A stretch of 64,000 nt of DNA from Sminthopsis crassicaudata (lineage: Eukaryota). The stretch's first letter is position 1, and each line of letters opens with the position of its first letter. The position numbers and the translations under genes are program-made. Positions 23,203 through 37,420 of the stretch are shown here, in pieces. The DNA is taken from contig NC_133617.1 in assembly GCF_048593235.1 (NCBI RefSeq), forward strand, positions 162,276,937 through 162,340,936, in the 5' to 3' direction. The notes beneath the pieces were generated by a model. It searched no databases. It saw only the letters and a program-made list of their open reading frames with translations, and was not told the DNA's origin.

Positions 23203-26200
23203 GGGATAACACCAATGTTTAGGAAAGATTTTTTTTCTTTCTTACTTCCAGCCTAATTCTCTCTCTCTAGACTTTTGTATACATTATTCTTAGTTTTGAC
23301 TTCTGGTATCCAATATCCAATCTCTTTTCTCCCTGGCTGCCTTTCAAAAACTTGAGAATGACCACACTCACTGCTATTAAGTTTTCTCTTCCCCAAACTA
23401 AACATCTTCAGCTTCTTTAATCAATATTCTTATACCATTATCTTCCCTTAGCCATTTAGTTGCCCTCCTTTTTCTAGCTTGAATCCCTTTTAAAATATTA
23501 TCTACAATACAACGTATTACTCTATGATTGAAAACATAGTAGACTTCCCCTTCTCAAAGCTTCGTATTTCCTGAAATGTTCATCTCCCTGTAAAGTTTTC
23601 TATGATCATTTAAACCCAATTTTACCTATATGAAAATGCAGAGTATGGAAGAATATAATTTATCTTAGGCCCACTGAAATCTTCTCTAGGGATAGCCCTG
23701 AGTATTATGAACATAGCCAATACGAAAATATGATTGAATTTAGATGTCTTTACTTTTAATATTCCCCAGTTTATGGGAAAAAATGAAAGCAGTTTGGTAA
23801 AATTAAATGGAAATGTTTTGATAAAGTTCTAGGTACTACAAAGTAATATCTTTGTCACATGGTTCTAAACACTAAAATAATAATGTATTGGCTAAAGTTG
23901 CATCAAAGGACCCTTAATGTAAAACAGTTATTTGTCAAGTATGGATCAAAAAGTAGAATTAGGAACCTGACAAAAAGAGAGGCCCTTGAAGAATACAGGA
24001 TAAGAATTTTTCTTAGAGTGGTAGCCTGGAGAAAAACCTGTTTTCAAAGTTTTTGCTTTGTCTTAGAATTTAAATAAGAGTCTTGGATACATACTAATAA
24101 AAACTTTGTTCAAAGTTTGCACCATATTGACACTGACTAGATCTTCCAGGCAAGGGCTTGTTGACAACTTTAGTTATAATTTTCTTGATGTATTGAGAAT
24201 GAGGAAGAATTGCCTCACTATACAAGGGTAAGAGTAAAACTGAAAGTATAAAGAAATGAGGAATTCTAAAAGATTGAATATACAAAGATTTTCAGTGATT
24301 TTTCTATCCTGAATGATCTGTGGTTTTTTCCTTCCTGCTCCTCTCCTCCTTTACTCCTTTCCTTCCTTTGTATTTCTATCTCTCTCTCTTTCTTTTGATT
24401 TCATTCTCCATAATAAAATAATATCATTTTTGGTATGCAGAAATGACATTACTGATCTCCCATGAATTAAGCATGCATTTTTTCTTTATTTTCATTTTTG
24501 TTTTTAAATAGATTTTGTTGCTATTTTATTTTTATTTTTATAGTGCTTGTTTCCTTCTGTATTTCTCTACCCCTTTTTAGAAAGCTATCCATTATGAGAA
24601 ATAATTTTTAAAAAAGAAAAACTTTTTTTTTAAGCAAAATCAATCAATACTTTTGGGGGAAAAAAATCTGGCATTGAATGCAGTGTTCCACAACCATGAA
24701 TCTCTACCTCTTCAAAGAAATGGGCAGGGAGTAGATATTTTCTCATATTTTTCTCTGTGGTACCACGCTTGGTTGTTTTATAATTTCACATAATTCCACT
24801 TTGATTGTTTTGTGATCTTTGTTTTTTCATTTCATTCTTGCAATCTTTGTGTATACTGTTTTCCTGGTTCTGTAAAGCATGTTTTAATCATCTTTTAGGA
24901 AAAAGTGGTGAAAAACATTTACAGAAGTGGATACCCTTTTCTGTGGGCAGCTTAACTTCCCTTTGTAACAAATGGCAAGAATTTACAAAATATTTTGCTA
25001 GGATAATCTCTGGCTACCTGATAGCATAAATCTAACATACTACTTCAGGACAGAAACTATTTTAACTCATCATTATATCTTCCATTGTGTTTGAGATTGC
25101 AGAAAGTTGAAAACTGAAAGGAAAAAAAAAAAAGGTCCTGGCTCTCAGTAAACATTTAGGGAATGAATATACAAATCCTTATCTGCTACTGATTGAGCTA
25201 ATTAACTCCCCTAAACCACTGCTTCCAAACTGGTGAGTTGCTATGTGCTGGTGCATACTATTTATCCCATATGAACATTTTTAAAGGTTACAGTAGTACA
25301 TGAAATAGAATATTTTTGGTAGAATACTGTGTTTAGATGAGTGGTGGATTAAAATATTAAGCTATAGAACCGCCGCTATTTAGATCTTAATCTTTTCTAC
25401 AGGCCCATACACAACTGTCAATTTCCTGTACATATAGTAGAAGTGATGTCACGTTGGCGTTCAGTCCTGAAGGAGTGGTTCTGAATTCATTTCAGTGGCA
25501 TTCAGAGCTTGGTCTAGCATTCCCAATCTGTTTTAGGATGATCTGGGTTTCAGGTGCAAGTGCTTCTCAGTGGGTGTACCTCTTGAATTTCTACTTCTTT
25601 CCATTGGCAGTTAGGAAAACAAGGTCTAAGGTCAACCTCTAACATTCGCATACTGTCTGTGTGACTTCTCAGTGCTCTGTAAACAATTCTCAGAGATTAT
25701 GAACTGGAGAGAAGGATGCTTACTTATACTGATAGAGAAAGACCCGTCATCTTGGAGCTCCCTAGTCCAATGAAAGCAGAGGTCCAGTCTGTATTTTTTT
25801 ATTTATTTAGAGGAGGATAGTGGTTGATAGTAGATATCAAAATCTGCCTTCCATCTCTTAGATTCTCAAGGGTAGAAGAAAAGCCCCTATATGTATATGT
25901 CATATGATTTGCACATCTTAGAGTATATTTATTCTATTTTAGGGCATGGCAGCTTCTGACCCCAAGGAGCATTATATTTATAGAAGCAGGAATCTTTGCA
26001 AAAGTAGTATGTTTAAGACTTTTGAAGTTGACAATTCATTTCGTATTAACAAGAGAAAAGTTGCTTCTAGAGAGATACGCTACTGAAGTTTGGAGTTTGG
26101 AGTTATTATATAAAAGAAAGCAATCTAATCTAATTTCTAACTAGGTTGAGAACAGTAATCCTTTTAATAATATCATTCCTAGAAGGGTCATATTTATTAC

Positions 26201-28230
26201 TCCATTTACAATCCCTGTGATTTCCCAGACTAAAACACCCTTGCCAGCCACCCCTCCTCTGAAAGTGTTGTCTTCTATTAGAATATAAACTCATAGGGCA
26301 GGGACAGTCTTCCTTGTTTGTATTTTAGACAGGTCTTGGCATTTAACAATTTTTTTTTCTTCTTTCCTTCCTTCCTTCATTTTATTCATTTATTTCTGCT
26401 TGTAGGAAGGAAATTATTTTTCATTTTTTCAGCCTTCTGTAACTCTAAGATCATATGCATGAATGTAACATTTTACTAATTTTGTTTCATTTGATAATCA
26501 TTATCTCTTACAACAACCACGGAATACAGATAGTACAAATATTGTGGTTGATGCATGTTTAGATGAGTGGCCCAAAGTCAGTTAGCTAATAAGTGGCAGA
26601 AGTCACAGAAGAACCCTGACCATTTCACACTAATGTTCTATGCTCTTTGTTGTATCATGCTGCCACATTAATTTAAATCATAAAATTAGTATATCAAAGG
26701 GTCTTTGTTTAGTAATCTGGGGGCAAATTCACCATTTCTCAAAATTCTGGGAAACTCATCCAAGTCCTGTAAAGCAACAGTCATAAAGCAGAAGTTGAAA
26801 TTAGGGGGCTAGATTTAGTGACTGTTTACTAAATTCTTTTTTTATTTTAAATTATTAATATGCAGTATTTTGTGGCATGTCTTTTCTTTAAAAAACTAGA
26901 AACTCATCTACAATAATATTTAAAAAATAATCTAAATGACTCGATTAGAAACAATTAACATAACTAAGATGCTACCTCACATCTATCAGATTGTGTAATA
27001 TGACAAAAGGAAAATGACAAATATTGGAAGGGGGAGTGTGAAAAAAATTGGGACACTAATGTACTTCTAGTGATATTGTGAACTGATCCAACCATTCTGT
27101 AACTATGCCCAACAGATTATTGCTGTTGTTCAATAGTGCTTGACTCTTTCCGACTTCTTGGACAATACTGTCCATGGAGTGTCTTGGCCTAGATATTAGT
27201 GGTTCGCCATTTTCTTCTCCAGTGAAGTAAGGCAAACAGAAGTCAAGTGACTTTCCCAGGATCACACAGGTAGTGAGTGTCTAAAGCTAGATTTGAACTC
27301 AGGTCCTCCTGACTCCAGGACAAGCACTTATCCACTGAAATATTTAACTGCTCCCAAATGGTTGTATAACTCTGTATATTCTTTGACTTAGCCAATGCCA
27401 CTAGTGGGTCTGTGTCCCAAAGAGATTTTTTTAAAAAGGGAAAGGATCTATATATACAAAAATATTTGTATTAGCTCTTTTTGTAGGGCTTAAGAATTGG
27501 AAATTGATGGGATACTCATCTTCCTCCTCTAACCTTCCTCCTCTAACTTAGCTCCGAGGTGGGCAAGGAATAGGCTAAGGTAATGGTAAGTTCTTTAGTC
27601 CCTGAGGTAGGGCTGAGATGGAGGAGGGGCACAAGGAAGAAAAGACCTTCCCCTGTGATATGCTGAAGTGGGAGAGAGTGCTGCTCTATTCTGGGTAGAG
27701 TTGTGGAATGCCAAATTGTTCTCTCCCTGGTTTTCCTAACTCAAATCTGGCAGTAAGCTGGGGAGACGGGGAAGGGATGCAGACAAGGTGGAGCAGCAAT
27801 CACTCTGATATGGGAACCAGGATGACTTAGAAATTCCTGATTCCTTAAGGTAAATTTATCTCCATAGGTTCAGGCTACTAGGATAGGGACTAGATTCCTG
27901 GGCTTAAACAGAGTAGTTCTTTTTGCTTTTTAAAGGGTAAAGCTCTAAGCAGATAATATGTAGAGTTGGTGGGAGAAGATTTTAATAGCTTTGACCATCT
28001 CAGCCCCCCCCCCCCCATCAGCAGGGATGGTCATCTAGGAGTGGATACAATTCTCACGCAATCATAGCATAGTGTGGGTAAGTCTCTAGGATTAATAGTA
28101 GTAATAAGGTTAGTGAGACTTTTTAGTCAATAGATAAGACATCAGCTTTTCCCTTTCTCCAAATAACCTTTGAAAACATTTCTGACCTCTTCCTCTAGTT
28201 TTATTTGTTGGGCTTTTTTCCTTTCTCTCT

Positions 28231-28268
<38 letters not shown>

Positions 28269-29449
28269 TGGTTAGGAAGAGATTTGAATAGCATTTACAA
28301 ATCTTTGAGGGAATTATTTGCTTTTTATTGCTCAGCTCTCTAGTAAATTTCTTTTTCCTGATTACTATCTAGAAAGGTAAGAGAGGGAAAGGACCTCACT
28401 GAAGATATATGACTTCACATCCTTGTGAAGAAGTGAGACACTATGAGACACTAATTCAGTTTGATCCACCAAGCATTTATTAAGCTCCCACTATTTGCCA
28501 GATACTGTTACAAGTACTAGAAATTAAAAAAAAAACAATAAAAGAAATAGTTCCTATCTTCAAAGAAAGAATTTAACATTCATTAACACATGATCCTGGT
28601 ATTATTTAATGAATATGGATTCTGAAGGATTTCAAGTTTCCATGATTTTCAGAGTACATTAAGCAAAAGCACAAAGAAATGAGCAGAACCAAGAAAGTAT
28701 ACAGTATACAGTATACTTTCAGTATACAGCAATATTTTTTTAACAAGAAGTTTGAATGACTAAGTCATTTGGCTATTATGAATACTCAAATTAACTACAA
28801 ATGGCATGTGAAAGAAGACACAATCTGCATCCAGGGAAAAAACTGATAAATAGAAGTATGTATAAAATAATTCTTATATAAACACATATTTATGTCTCAT
28901 GGTGGGATAAGAGGAAGAAATAAAAGAAATTTACATTTTACACAAATTTACATATTTTATTCTACAATATAACTTTATATTTAACTTTGCATGATATAAC
29001 TATCATATTTAAAAGAAATGGCAGGTTATACATAATATATTTGCAGTTTTATGTACAATCATTTATTCTACTATGTTACAGAAATGCTTAATTTATGAAA
29101 TAAAATGAAATTTTTAAAGTAGAATTAATTAAAAATATTTAAAGCATACAGAAATGATTCACATACCATTTTTGTATTGTTATTCTCATTCATAGGTCTT
29201 GACATACAAAAAGAAAACTTTGTCTTAGCTGGTCTCTACAATTAAAAGTTTAGAATGTAAGTAACATTAGATGATCTACCAATATTCTTGGGATAGAGTT
29301 TGAGTATTGTGTGCAAATCTGGGAGGGTGGCCTCATATTCATAAAGTGGAAAGTATCTAGAGAAGGGCAGCCAGGATGGTAAAGGACATTGAGACCATGG
29401 GTGTGAGCATCTCTTTTTTTTCCCTAAATATTTCTATTTTACCAGTTAC

Positions 29450-30210
29450 AGTTGTTTTTAAAACTTTGAGTTCCAATTCTCTCCCTTCCTTTCTACCCTT
29501 ACTAAGAAGGCACATGTAAAGTTATGCAAAACATTTCCATGAAAGTCGTGTTGTGAAAGAAAACATAGATCTCCCCCCTCCAAAAATACAAACAAAACCT
29601 ACAAGCAAAATAAAGTACAAAAAGAAAAAAAAGAATATAATATGCTTCAATCTGTATAAGACACAAGCAGTACTTTCTCTGGGTATAGATAGCATTTTTC
29701 ATAAGTGTTTCAGAGTAGTGGTGGATCATTCATTGTATTGCTGAGAATAGCAGTCATTCACAGCTGACCATTCAATAATATCACTATTACTTTGTACATA
29801 ATACATTGCACTTTGCTTGAGTTCATGGAAGAATTTCTGAGAGCATCCTGCTCATTATTTTCCATAGAACAATAACATTCCATCATAATCACATACCACA
29901 ATTTATTCAGCCATGCTCCAATTGATAGGCATCCCTTAATATCCAATTCTTTGCCCTGAGAAGAGAACTTCCATAAATATTTTTGCACATATAAGTCTTT
30001 TTCCTTCCTTTGTTAAATCTCTTTTGGGATTCATGCCTAGTAATGGTATTGTTAGGTCAAAGGACATGTATAATTTTATAGCCTTTTGGCCATAGTTCAC
30101 ATATTTTGATCATTTGTCGATTGGGGAATGGCTCTTCTTATTATTATTATTTTTTAAATAAATTTGTCTTAGTTCCCTATACATTTGAGAAACAAGGTCT
30201 TCATCAGAAA
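29450..30210 (-). mobile_element. Older L1 3' fragment
   Basis: Reverse-strand ORF2-end peptide (CLSIGAWLNKLWY) and 3'UTR. Boundaries approximate. Confidence 0.7.
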
Positions 30211-31783
30211 TGCAGTCCTTAGGAACTGGAGGAGCTAGCATGTAGAAGAGGACTCCCTCTTAGCTCCAGAAGGCAGAACTAGAATTCAGGGATGGAAGTT
30301 TCAGAGAGAAAGATTTCAAAGTGATTTGAGGAAAAACTTCTTAACTTTTAAATCTACCCCAAAATAGATTGGGCTGCCTTAGGAAATAGTGAGTTTTCCC
30401 CTGAATGTAGGCAAAAATTAGAAGACTGCCTGCTTGAGATAATATATGGTGGGGGAGATTCTTATTAAAACATGGGTTAGACAAAGTGATCTCTGAGGTG
30501 AAGATGGGAAATGTGTATTTATTTAGCTTCTAGTGTATGCCATCCCTTGTGTTAAATGTATGATATTTGTACAGCAGCCCAATCTGTTTTTACATATGGA
30601 GAATATGGAGAAAGTCAAAAGTATAAATCTAAATGATTAAAAAGAAGAACACAAAAGAAAATCTCTGAAAGTTGTTAGAACTAATTATTTGGGCTAGAGT
30701 ATGTTCTTAAATATGTGAATAGTTATTATAAAGGTAGTTACCAATTTTTTTTTAATCACCTGCACTGAGAACAGAAGCAATTGGCTTAAAACAGAATGGA
30801 ATATTTAAGTTGAATATAAGAAAGAATTTCTTTACCACAAGAATTGAGAAACTTCCTCTTCTTTTTAGAAATATTCTTAAAATCATATTTTTCCATCGTG
30901 GCTTTCACATTTTTCTAGTAATCAAAAGGCTATATTCAGAGTCAAGGAACCCTGGGTTGATAGCCAAGCTCAGATTATTCAAATTCTGCCTTCCTTGGAG
31001 TAAACCACTTAATATATCTGAGCTTCAGTTTTTTCACCTGTAAAATGGGAACACTGTCTTTTTGTGAGGAATAAATAAAATAGTATAGGTAAGATTTTTT
31101 TTTACAAACTTTAAAAAAAATGTCAGCTATTCTTGTTATTATTTTCACCATCAGCAATGAAAATATGGATAACCTAAAATGTGGCAATGGACCTAAAAGC
31201 ACTTATTCATCTATTTTTTCCTCTTTGTTTATCTTACAAGAATCTCTCTGCAAAGAACAAAGTCAGAATATTTTAGATTAAAATACTTGTTTCTGTTTCC
31301 TTAATATAGCTTGATAAGAAGCAAAAAAGAGAAATAATAGCTAGCATTCATATAGCTAAGTAAGTAAGGCTCATCCAATGAACATCCTTTGATCATGGAA
31401 TAAAACTTGATTACTCTAGGTCCAAAATTGTAAATTACTTATAAGATAACGATGTCACCTTTCAGTTCTTTTTCACTTATGATTATTATCCCATTTGAGT
31501 TCCCCCCTTCACAGATATGAGAGACTCAAACAAATCAGATCCCTGTTGGAACTCTCTTTTGAGTTTCTCATCCAGGAGGATTTGACCTTTGCCTGAAATA
31601 CTTGGACAGTTTCCTATCACTCAAAGAAAATAAGTTAGAAAAACATTTTTAAAAGATGAAACTAGAGCCTCCTGTGGTTCAAAACAGCACAGGTAGTGTG
31701 AACATACACCTTTGAAAGTGGGTATTAAATATCACTATTGTAAACATAATGGTTTTTCTCTCCTTTCTTTGCAGGTTGGAATT

Positions 31784-31992
31784 ATGGTAGAGAAAGAACT
31801 ACATTTTCCAAAGGACTGTGCATCTAAAAGAGAAGCAGACATGTCTTTGAATGAGATGGAGATGAAAACTGATGATCTGTTAGAGAAGGAGCAAATAGAC
31901 AGTGGAGGATTTGGGATGGTATCCTTGTGTTTTCATAGAAATCATGGGCTTGTCATTCTGAAAAATGTATATACCGGACCCAAGCGCACTGA
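31784..31992 (+). CDS. RIPK1: RIPK1 coding exon 1 (exon starts 31775): kinase G-loop and catalytic Lys
   Basis: Encodes [69 protein letters not shown]; donor GA|gtaagt, phase 2 as in human. Confidence 0.95.
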
Positions 31993-32825
31993 GTAAGTTG
32001 GCACAATGAAAAAGTGTGTTAGTCAAATCAGGGTTTTAAGGAACAAAGATAAAGTATCATTTAGCTTGTCTAATTTTAGGGTTTATTGAAAGATGTTTAA
32101 GCTCATACAACAAGGATACAGGATGTATCCTGGTCTAGTTAGATTCCCATGTTTGTCTGGCCAATGAAAATAAAGTCACACACAGACTCAGGAAGTTTTA
32201 TCTGTCTATATCATTGGTTCTCAAAATATGATCCAGAGAATCCTGGGAGTCTCTGATACCCTTTCAGAGGGTCTATAAATTCAAAATTAGTGTTTTTTTA
32301 TTTTTAATACGGTAAATATATATAAATATAATCTATATAACAAAAACTCTTTGGAGAGATCCTTAAAATTTTTTAACAGCATAAAAATTATGAGAACAAA
32401 AGTTTGAGAACCACTGAATTCTAGACAATCACTAGATGGCCCATAGAGATTAGAGGTTCTATAGTTTTTTAATGAGGTTGGGGGAGGAGAGAGGAAATGG
32501 GATGAGGGGAATGAAACAGACAAACACAGAGGAAGAAATGAGAGAGAAAGACAACAGACAAAAAAAATGTGGGCGGGGGAGGAAGAGAGAGCCAGAGATG
32601 GTGGGGAAAAGACACAGGAGAGTGGAATAGCCACAGATAATGGAAATGGCAAAGATGAAGAGCCAATAAAGGAGATTGAAAAGGAACTAAATAAGAGAAA
32701 AATAACATAGCAAAGTCACAAAACCCCAGAACACAAAGTATTTAGGAGGTGAAGATGATCAACCTACTTTTCACAATTCTGATGAAAACCAAGTGAAGGT
32801 GCAAGACGACTATCTTAAAATACCC

Positions 32826-32856
<31 letters not shown>

Positions 32857-33404
32857 AGAAGAAGGAGGAGGAGGAGGAGGAGGAGGAGGAGGAGAAATTC
32901 TTTCACTTGTATCCATTGGTAAGAGGTTTGGTGATCTAACACAGGGATTCAGAACCATTTTTGTGTCACAGACCTCTTTGGCAGTCTAGGAAAGTCTGAT
33001 GGACTCTTTTTGAAGTATTTTTTTAATTGTAATTGAAAGAAATACTCATTTTTGTTAGAAGATATTAAAAATAAAGATATAGTTTTTCCCCCATCCAAGT
33101 TCATGAACTTTTTGAAATCTATTCATAGATCCCTAATGATCCATAAACTTTAGAGTAGGAATCCATGGTCTAACAGAGAGGAATTGTATGTGTGATGGGA
33201 GTTTAATAAAATTTTATTCTAGGACTTGATGTAGTTTTCCAAATAAGTTAATTACATGACTTCTCTTTCATATTCCTCATCTCATTCATTGGAGCCACAG
33301 GAGAAGAATTGTTTAATCCAAGGAATAACATTGAAAGTAGGTTTTCTCCTATCACCTTTTATATAATGGTTATAGAAGGTGTTTTCTCTGGCACTTGTCT
33401 AGAC

Positions 33405-33588
33405 CAGCGCTTCTTAAAGTTTTTCTACTCACGACCCCTTTTTGCTTGAGAAATTTTTGTGTGACCCTGGGTATATAGGTATATAAATCAAATATTTACT
33501 GGTAATAAATCACAATTTTGTGACCCTCCCCCCACATTCAGTTATGAGACCCCATAAGGGGTCACAACCCACAGTTTAAGAAGCTGGG
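33405..33588. mobile_element. hAT-type MITE
   Basis: Imperfect terminal inverted repeats cagcgcttcttaaa / tttaagaagctg, with NNNTAGAN-type flanks gtctagac / atgtagaa. Confidence 0.6.
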
Positions 33589-33685
33589 ATGTAGAACAAT
33601 ATTGAGTTCCAGTTGATGACAGAGTTGTTACTCTGGGACACTAAAGCAGAACTTAACTCTCATTGGCATGTTTCTCCTCCAACAG

Positions 33686-33839
33686 CTATAATACTGCTCT
33701 ACTTGAAGAAGGGAAGATCATGCACAGGCTGAAACATAATCGGGTAGTGAAGTTCCTAGGCTTTATTTTGGAAGATGGGAATTATTCTCTTGTAATGGAA
33801 TATATGGAAAAGGGAAATCTAATGAAGGTGCTGAAGACA
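33686..33839 (+). CDS. RIPK1: RIPK1 coding exon 2 (154 nt)
   Basis: Encodes [51 protein letters not shown]; cag| and |gtaagt. Confidence 0.95.
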
Positions 33840-34138
33840 GTAAGTAAAGAGCTTCTTACACACATATTTTTGTAGATATTGTGGTTGAGCTTTTGTGATG
33901 ATTTTCCATTATGGTCATTTTGGTAGCTTTTTTGCATGTAAATTGACCTAGAAATTTCTTAAGTTTGTTTTTTTTTTTTTTCCCTTAACAATAAAGTTTC
34001 CTCTATAGTATTTCAGAACTACAACTGCCTTTTAAAAGTACAAATATTTTGATTCACTTATGAAAAACCTTTCTGAAACTTTTTCTGACAATCCCAGCTC
34101 ACAGTGAATAATCTTTCTCTCTTCAAAACTCCCATATC

Positions 34139-34284
34139 TGAGGTGGCTAGGTGACACAGTGGTTAGAGCACCAGCCCTGAAGTCAGGAGGACCTGAGTTC
34201 AAATGTGCCCTCAGACACTTAACACTTCCTAGCTGCGTGATCCTGGGCAAGTCACTTAACCCCAATTGCCTCAGCAAAAAAACC
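34139..34284 (+). mobile_element. WSINE1-type SINE with 12-bp TSD (similar copies at about 36817-36960 and 57290-57398)
   Basis: AACTCCCATATC at 34127-34138 and 34285-34296. Confidence 0.8.
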
Positions 34285-37282
34285 AACTCCCATATCATAT
34301 ATTACCCATGTTTTTCATTTGGTACTAAATTGTGTTGTTTGTTCCTTTTTAATGGGCATACACCTATCTGTCTAATTAAACTGTGAGCTCCTTGAGGGTA
34401 GACACTGTACCTCACTATCTAGTACAGAGTTCTCTATAACATAAGGACTCAGCAAATATTTATTAGGTTATTAATCATGTAAATCAATACTCTGAATCTT
34501 TCAACCATGTTTTCTTGGTGTGGATTTTCTCTCCATCAACAGAATACATAAACGCACTTCAATGTCTTATGTAATACCATAGCCAAAATTTTCATCACCT
34601 ATTAGCTAACCTTAAGATGATAAGTTGTAGATGAACAGGGTAAAATAATAGTATAACAGATGTATCATAAGCTAAATGAAGGACCGTTTATTTTATGCTA
34701 AGTATATGGCCTTACTTGTTCTAATTGGATGGGATCAGTGTCAGAAAATATTGCCCCTTTTACCCTTCTCTGGTTTATATTTTTAAAGTAAAGTAAAGTA
34801 ATTTTTTATGGTTTTTGTCTATCTTAGATCCCTAACTTATGCATTTCTTAAAGTTTAATGAGAATACTACATCAAATTCTCTGAAAATTGGTTTTCAGTG
34901 TATGGTATGGGAAATGTAACCATGAAGAAACTAGATTGTTTTTTCATAAATGTTTCAGTTCAATCAGTGTTTGGAAAATTCTTGCTGTGTATATTAGTAT
35001 ATTATCTCAGGCACTGAAGGAATGACAGAGTTTTGACATGATCCCAATCCCACAAGGAAGGGACATTCTAGCAAGGGGCTGTGATAGCCAAGTAACTGTA
35101 GCATTACTGAATGCCTGATACACACATTGAAGAGATGTGAAGAAGAAGATGATCAGGAATGACTTCATAGAGGAGAGGGCCTATGAGTTGGATGTTAAAA
35201 GATAGGTAAGAATTCATTTGAGAAGTGCATAAAGGAGAGATGTTTAGGAAATAGTATTAAGAAAGAAAGAGTGGAAATTCATGTGAGTTTTGGGGGACAG
35301 GATATAGTCCAGTTGGGATCCATAACATAGTATATGAAGGGCAGAAATGTGAGGGAAATCTGAATGGGTTGGTGCCAGATCATGGAGGATTTTTAAATAC
35401 CAGCCAAAGGAGTTGGAACTTCATTCTGTACAAAGAAGGGAACTACTGAGGATTTTTTGAAGGGGCCAAAGAATGAGAAGCCTAGCTCTTTTATTTTGTA
35501 AGTAACATGAAGAATAGAATAGGAGGTGGGAATAGGAGAAGGGAGAAAAAAGCTGTAACAGGATGTCTTGTTTGGATGCTTCTCTGATAGTAGCTGGAAA
35601 TCATTGTTTCCACCCAGCTGGTAGTAACGAGAATGGAGAGGGGCAGATACATCCAGGAGATGCTGCAGAGGTGCAATACTGATGAGTATTATTCTCCAAA
35701 GTCATCATTTCAGAGAGAAGGTGTTGCTATACTAACTTGTTTCATTGATGTTGCCCCTTTCAATACTGCTTTGGAACTCTGCTGCATTTGGAATTCCAGC
35801 TTACAGATCTCATAAGAAGGTCAGCCCTGTTGCTTTGTAGTGAGACCTTTGACAAAAATAAACAACAAACAAAAAAGCCAGGGATCACTAACCTCATTCA
35901 TTAAATTTAGCTCTGGAGGACTTTTAGCTGTTCCCCAAAAACAAATCCATTGTCACATGACAAGAATTTCAAACCCAAGAATGGGCAAAAGAATATGGTA
36001 CACATTGTCATTCTGAAACAGAAGTTCCAATGATGTTTGGATCATTGCAAGCATCATTGGAATACTGTGTTTGCATAGCCTCCTAACACAACTGCTTTGA
36101 AAGGGACAACAATGACTTGAGTGAATTTTAGAGAAATTTTTAAAGAAAAGAAGAAATGTTTTATTACTATGATTGGTTATAAGAATATACCAAAAGGAAT
36201 TCAAATTTTATAGCTTGTTTTTTCCCAGTAATATTTTATGTGGCTTATTTGTTAAAGAGTTGCATACCTTCATAATCACCTATATAATTCCTTTTATTGA
36301 TCAGACCTCTTCTACATTAATATTCACTAAATAGCATAGTGTGGCAGACAGAATTCTGAACTTCAAGTCAAAAGGATCTGGGATTCAAGTTGTCTGATAT
36401 ATATTAGACATATAATATAAGACTATATATAACCTCTTTGAGTCTCAGAATCCTCAGCTGTAAAATGGGATAATGGTAGCACCTACCACACAAGACTATT
36501 ATGAAATTATATGGAGCATATTATGAATGTCAGCTTTTTAAAAAATGTTTTGAAACAACATAGACAAAGTATTAACTTAGTATTACATTGTTGTGATACT
36601 GTGGTATACACACACACACACACACACACACACATACTCTGAAAATCTATAGAGAAACTTTAAAAAATTTTAGTTCTTAAAGTAAAAGTAAAAATAAAAT
36701 TTTTGGTCTTTGTAACAATTCATAAACATTAAAATTTCAGCATATAAAGAACAAGAAAATTTTATGTGAAGCTATCAAAAACATGTTGAAGCATCAAAAC
36801 TCATTAATTAAGTTAGAGGCAGCTAGATGCTCAGTGGCTAGAGCACTGGTCCTGAAGTCAGAAGGACCTGAATTCAAATGTGGCTTCTGGCACTTGACAT
36901 TTGCTAGTTGTGTGATCTTGAGCAAGTCACTTAACCCCAGTTACCTTGCCAAAAACAAAAAAGCACATTAAATTATGTGTAAAACCATAGGGTTTTTTAA
37001 AAAGTATATAGTAATTTTAATATGGTAGTAACAAAATTGCCTTGTTTGTGTCACCTTAAGAGAAAATTTTCAAGGAAAGGGGAAATTTTTACTATTACCA
37101 TGTTATAAGAATGTCGCAAAAATAATTCAAATTTTCAGGATACTGTTAAAGGGGTAGATACAATCACGGTGATTAAATGGTACCATTTTTACTGCATTGC
37201 TCTTCAAAGAACTGATAATTATAGTCTTGTCTTGTCTTTTTGTTTCTTTATTTACTAGAACTCTCTGTCATTTTTGTTTTAG

Positions 37283-37420
37283 ATTAGTATCCCCTTGTCT
37301 GTGAAAGGGAGAATCATTCTAGAGGTCATTGAAGGAATGTGCTACTTACACAGAGAAGGTGTAATTCACAAAGACTTAAAGCCGGAAAACATCCTTGTGG
37401 ATAATGACTTTCATGTTAAG
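37283..37420 (+). CDS. RIPK1: RIPK1 coding exon 3 (138 nt): catalytic loop
   Basis: Encodes [46 protein letters not shown]; size equals the human exon. Confidence 0.97.
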
